From: Naegleria gruberi
Taxonomy: Eukaryota
Reading direction: 5' to 3' (one strand)
Assembly: GCA_000004985.1 (NCBI GenBank)
Contig: GG739457.1
Length of the DNA stretch: 1,283 nucleotides
In this document: one piece after another, positions 1-1,283 of the stretch
Position numbering within the stretch: position 1 is the first letter of the stretch
Layout of the letters: each line of letters begins with the position of its first letter
Position numbers and translations under genes: made by a program
Notes under the pieces: model-generated
Seen by the model: only the letters and a program-made list of their open reading frames with translations
What the model was told of the DNA's origin: nothing
Database searches by the model: none

Positions 1-217
1 ATTTTAACATTGGCTTGTCTCTTTCATCCACAATAATGGTCTCCATTTCCAAATCAATAATAGCCACCTTACAATCATTGGAAAGTAAATTTGCTAGCAA
101 GTTTTTATCGGTGCTTTTGCATTCCTTTGATGGAAGTGAAATTGTATTGTTAATAATCTTGTGGCAGTCAGTGCTGAAATGGGTGTCCTCTTCTTCGTAG
201 TCGCTTGGAATTTTCAT
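1..217 (-). CDS. 5' part of a second minus-strand gene with ATG at 217..215. The N-terminus reads MKIPSDYEEEDTHFSTDCHKIINNTISLPSKECKSTDKNLLANLLSNDCKVAIIDLEMETIIVDERDKPMLK, and the frame continues past position 1. Product unknown.
   Basis: Manual reverse-complement translation shows this frame has no stop from 217 down to 1. It is absent from the ORF track only because it has no stop in the window. Composition changes sharply at the ATG. Upstream the sense strand is G-depleted and A/C-rich, while downstream G-containing codons appear immediately (GAC, GAA, GAG, GGT...). The amino-acid mix is diverse (D, E, K, C, H, T, N), whereas the antisense plus-strand ORF at 15..200 is S/L/I-rich, as is typical of a non-coding frame. 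There is an A at -3 (cacattATGa). The start is uncertain, because the frame is also open upstream to 454, with an in-frame ATG at 388..386. Confidence 0.5.
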   Translation of the reverse strand, partial: MKIPSDYEEEDTHFSTDCHKIINNTISLPSKECKSTDKNLLANLLSNDCKVAIIDLEMETIIVDERDKPMLK

Positions 218-261
218 AATGTGCAGATTCTTTGGAATGATTGATAGGTTTGGTTGTGTTG

Positions 262-276
262 TTTTCTTTTTTGTTG
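262..276. promoter_or_regulatory. T-rich tract on the plus strand (ttttcttttttgttg), which is an A-rich tract on the sense strand of the downstream gene. It is a poly(dA:dT)-like element about 45-60 bp upstream of ATG 217.
   Basis: Seen directly in the sequence. Such tracts are known nucleosome-excluding promoter elements in yeasts. A functional role here is inference only. Confidence 0.25.
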
Positions 277-345
277 AAATATTCGTTCCGTGTGAGAGTA
301 AATGAGATTGATATTGTGCTTTTTGTAAAAATAGTTTTACTCGTT

Positions 346-351
346 GGAATG
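346..351 (-). promoter_or_regulatory. CATTCC hexamer on the minus strand, the TEA/ATTS (Tec1-type 'TCS') core. A second copy lies at 234..239 on the minus strand. Both are candidate sites only.
   Basis: The plus-strand sequence 'ggaatg' occurs only twice in the whole window, both times in the 224-bp spacer (346-351 and 234-239). Each sits within a longer recurring ATTCCAA motif (minus strand 351..345, 239..233, 211..205, and ttccaa at 359..354). A 6-mer has weak statistical weight. Confidence 0.12.
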
Positions 352-380
352 TTGTTGGAAAATAACAGAAAATATTTAAC

Positions 381-387
381 TGAAACA
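381..387 (+). promoter_or_regulatory. TGAAACA heptamer, which matches the Ste12 pheromone-response-element consensus. It is a candidate site only.
   Basis: There is an exact 7-mer match on the plus strand. A second copy inside the upstream CDS at 1120..1126 shows this can occur by chance at this base composition. It is relevant only if the organism is a fungus that has Ste12. Confidence 0.12.
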
Positions 388-430
388 TACAATTTAGGGA
401 AGATGCACTAATTGGATCAAGAATGCCAAA

Positions 431-449
431 CTCAATAACATTTATTGAG
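431..449. other. Perfect 8-bp inverted repeat ctcaataa / ttattgag with a 3-nt spacer (cat), able to form a hairpin. It overlaps the TAA stop (444..442) of the 442..1283 gene.
   Basis: Plus strand 431-438 is ctcaataa, 439-441 is cat, and 442-449 is ttattgag, which is the exact reverse complement. The stem is AT-rich (2 G:C pairs out of 8) and is not followed by a convincing T-run, so it is not a canonical intrinsic terminator. Function is unknown. Confidence 0.5.
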
Positions 450-1283
450 ATATTTTAACAGATTGACAATTCAAATCATTTGTACAGTGGTATAACATGT
501 TATTTTTCAATGAATAAACAGCAAATTGTGGAAATAAATTGCTTTTTGGAATAGTTCCAACAATTGCAGAGTTCATGTAATCAATTAATTGGAAATTATT
601 TTGATTAGTAACCAAAACAACTGAATGATCATTCGAAACAGAAACTAATGGTCCCAAATAAGGTAAATTTCCATTCACAATATTATCCTTTTGAACTTGA
701 TAGTGAATATATGGCTTTCCAAGTTTTGGAGTTTGTCCAACACGTGCAGCTCCACCACTGTAAGATGTGAAATAAATTCCACTATTCTTATTTCCATTCG
801 TATAATTTGAGCAAATTAATTGATGTTTGAAAAAGTATCTGTCAGCAATTGCCATATCTAATTTACCCATTGGAAGTGAACATTCTGTGAAATCTGTAAG
901 TGGTAATACTTGTCCAACCACTTGTTTGTCCATGGCTGCTGAAGTTAAACTATACGAATGTGAACTAATTGAGTAGGAAAGTACAGACAAGTAACCAGAA
1001 ATTCCCATATAACCCAAATGTAAATAACTATTATCTGGATCTGGAATATCATTAATATACGAAACACTGGATACAATCTTTCCTGTATTAACATTAACTT
1101 GATGAATTTGATATGAAATTGAAACATAGGCAATATCAGAACCATCATTATTTTCATTTTCAATTAAAATTACATTTCCAATCAATAAATTAGAATTAGA
1201 AATTGGAATACTAAATCTAGTAATTAAATTAACTTCAGAAATACCAAATATTCCAACATTACTTGAAATTAATATAGTTGCTG
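442..1283 (-). CDS. 3' part (at least 280 codons, C-terminal region) of a gene for an uncharacterized Ser/Asn/Tyr-rich, Trp-free, low-charge, probably beta-rich protein. The stop codon TAA is at 444..442, and the 5' end and true start lie beyond the window edge.
   Basis: A single minus-strand frame is open for about 280 codons in AT-rich DNA, where stops are frequent in the other frames. The ORF-track start at 1185 is TTG (1183-1185 is 'caa' on the plus strand). I translated the in-frame codons from 1186 to 1283 (...ATILISSNVGIFGISEVNLITRFSIPISNSNL-LIGNV...) and found no stop, so the frame continues off the window. Codon usage is consistent throughout (GGT/GGA, CCA, TTA/TTG, AAT, ATT) and there are no CTG codons. 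The overlapping 72-aa minus ORF at 945..1163 is low-complexity and judged spurious. No family could be assigned from the sequence alone. Confidence 0.8.
   Translation of the reverse strand, partial: ATILISSNVGIFGISEVNLITRFSIPISNSNLLIGNVILIENENNDGSDIAYVSISYQIHQVNVNTGKIVSSVSYINDIPDPDNSYLHLGYMGISGYLSVLSYSISSHSYSLTSAAMDKQVVGQVLPLTDFTECSLPMGKLDMAIADRYFFKHQLICSNYTNGNKNSGIYFTSYSGGAARVGQTPKLGKPYIHYQVQKDNIVNGNLPYLGPLVSVSNDHSVVLVTNQNNFQLIDYMNSAIVGTIPKSNLFPQFAVYSLKNNMLYHCTNDLNCQSVKISQ

Larger units (their letters stand above)
218..441 (-). promoter_or_regulatory. Intergenic spacer. It holds the 3'-end formation region of the upstream gene (442..1283) and the promoter and 5' leader of the downstream gene (ATG 217).
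   Basis: The spacer sits between stop codon 444..442 and ATG 217 on the same strand. The 100 nt of the minus strand immediately upstream of the ATG read acaaaaaagaaaacaacacaaccaaacctatcaatcattccaaagaatctgcacatt. This is A/C-rich and almost G-free, like budding-yeast 5' UTRs. Minus-strand elements downstream of the stop resemble yeast 3'-end efficiency and positioning elements: 'tgtatgtttcagttaaatatttt' (TATGT-like, AAATAT). A TATA-like TAAATATT lies on the minus strand at about 379..372. Confidence 0.4.

Noticed and set aside
91-100. Perfect 10-bp palindrome ttgctagcaa (contains GCTAGC)
   Set aside because: It is a short palindrome inside a coding region, encoding L-L-A in gene B. Such palindromes are expected by chance, and there is no flanking structure suggesting a regulatory or mobile-element role.
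15-200. 61-aa plus-strand ORF (MSLSSTIMVSISKSIIATLQSLESKF...)
   Set aside because: It lies entirely antisense to the better-supported minus-strand gene B. Its S/L/I-rich hydrophobic composition is typical of a shadow frame. No start context or motif supports it.
385-390. GTATGT on the minus strand (canonical yeast 5' splice-site hexamer) followed by ...tttcag, suggesting an intron in gene B's leader
   Set aside because: There is no TACTAAC-like branch point anywhere between it and ATG 217. The closest candidate, tactctc, lacks the branch A. The gtatgt...cag unit itself is only 11 nt. It is more likely part of a TATGT-type 3'-end efficiency element for gene A.
168-392. 74-aa minus-strand ORF (MYVSVKYFLLFSNN...)
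   Set aside because: Its 'start' is TTG (390-392 is 'caa'), not ATG. It is low-complexity (F/L/S/N/K-rich), lies in the G-depleted spacer where stops are rare by composition, and overlaps the ATG 217 start of gene B in another frame.
756-773. 'SYSGG' in gene A (FTSYSGGAARVG), resembling the GYSGG nucleophile elbow of fungal secreted lipases (Candida LIP / CalA family)
   Set aside because: The first Gly of GxSxG is replaced by Ser. Only about 105 residues follow the motif, which is too few for the Asp/His part of that lipase fold. The overall composition is beta-rich and helix-poor, unlike alpha/beta hydrolases.
945-1163. 72-aa minus-strand ORF (MKMKIMMVLILPMFQFHIKF...) inside gene A
   Set aside because: It is an alternative frame nested in the long, well-supported gene A frame. 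It is a low-complexity I/M/L/F/K peptide typical of AT-rich off-frame translation.
1-1283. Prokaryotic interpretation (operon of two genes with an intrinsic terminator, or phage structural genes)
   Set aside because: There is no Shine-Dalgarno-like purine run before either candidate start. There is no GC-rich stem followed by a T-run after gene A. The leader composition (A/C-rich, G-free) is characteristic of yeast mRNAs. This interpretation cannot be fully excluded without a database search.
1-1283. Search for CRISPR repeats, tRNA/rRNA-like segments, transposon terminal inverted repeats and tandem nucleotide repeats
   Set aside because: No regularly spaced direct repeats are present, and there are no GC-rich structured RNA-like segments or cloverleaf-compatible regions. 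The only inverted repeat is the 8-bp one at the gene A stop. The only recurring short motif is ATTCCAA or ggaatg in the spacer.

Overview
AT-rich window, roughly one-third G+C by eye, with no rRNA, tRNA, CRISPR, transposon-end or long nucleotide-repeat signatures. It appears to be an ordinary segment carrying two protein-coding genes in tandem on the minus strand. Gene A (442..1283, minus) is a long open frame that runs off the right edge of the window. Its listed 'start' at 1185 is a TTG codon, and I translated the in-frame codons from 1186 to 1283 and found no stop, so the gene is truncated at its 5' end. It ends at TAA 444..442. The protein is Ser/Asn/Tyr/Ile/Val-rich, has no Trp, is low in charge, has 4 Cys and looks beta-strand-like. 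I could not assign it to any family. Gene B is not in the ORF track because it has no stop inside the window. It starts at ATG 217..215 on the minus strand and is open through position 1, giving MKIPSDYEEEDTHFSTDCHKIINNTISLPSKECKSTDKNLLANLLSNDCKVAIIDLEMETIIVDERDKPMLK... The 224-bp spacer (218..441) is strongly strand-asymmetric. The minus (sense) strand is A/C-rich and nearly G-free just upstream of ATG 217, which is the typical composition of budding-yeast 5' leaders. There is no Shine-Dalgarno sequence and no GC-rich stem followed by a T-run. I therefore infer a yeast-like eukaryotic origin (inference, not proof). Within the spacer there are weak candidate elements. These are an 8-bp perfect inverted repeat straddling gene A's stop codon, two CATTCC hexamers, one TGAAACA heptamer and a T-rich tract. 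I see no evidence of a multi-gene 'system' here. The most useful follow-ups are a homology or structure search with the gene A protein and resolving the true start of gene B.
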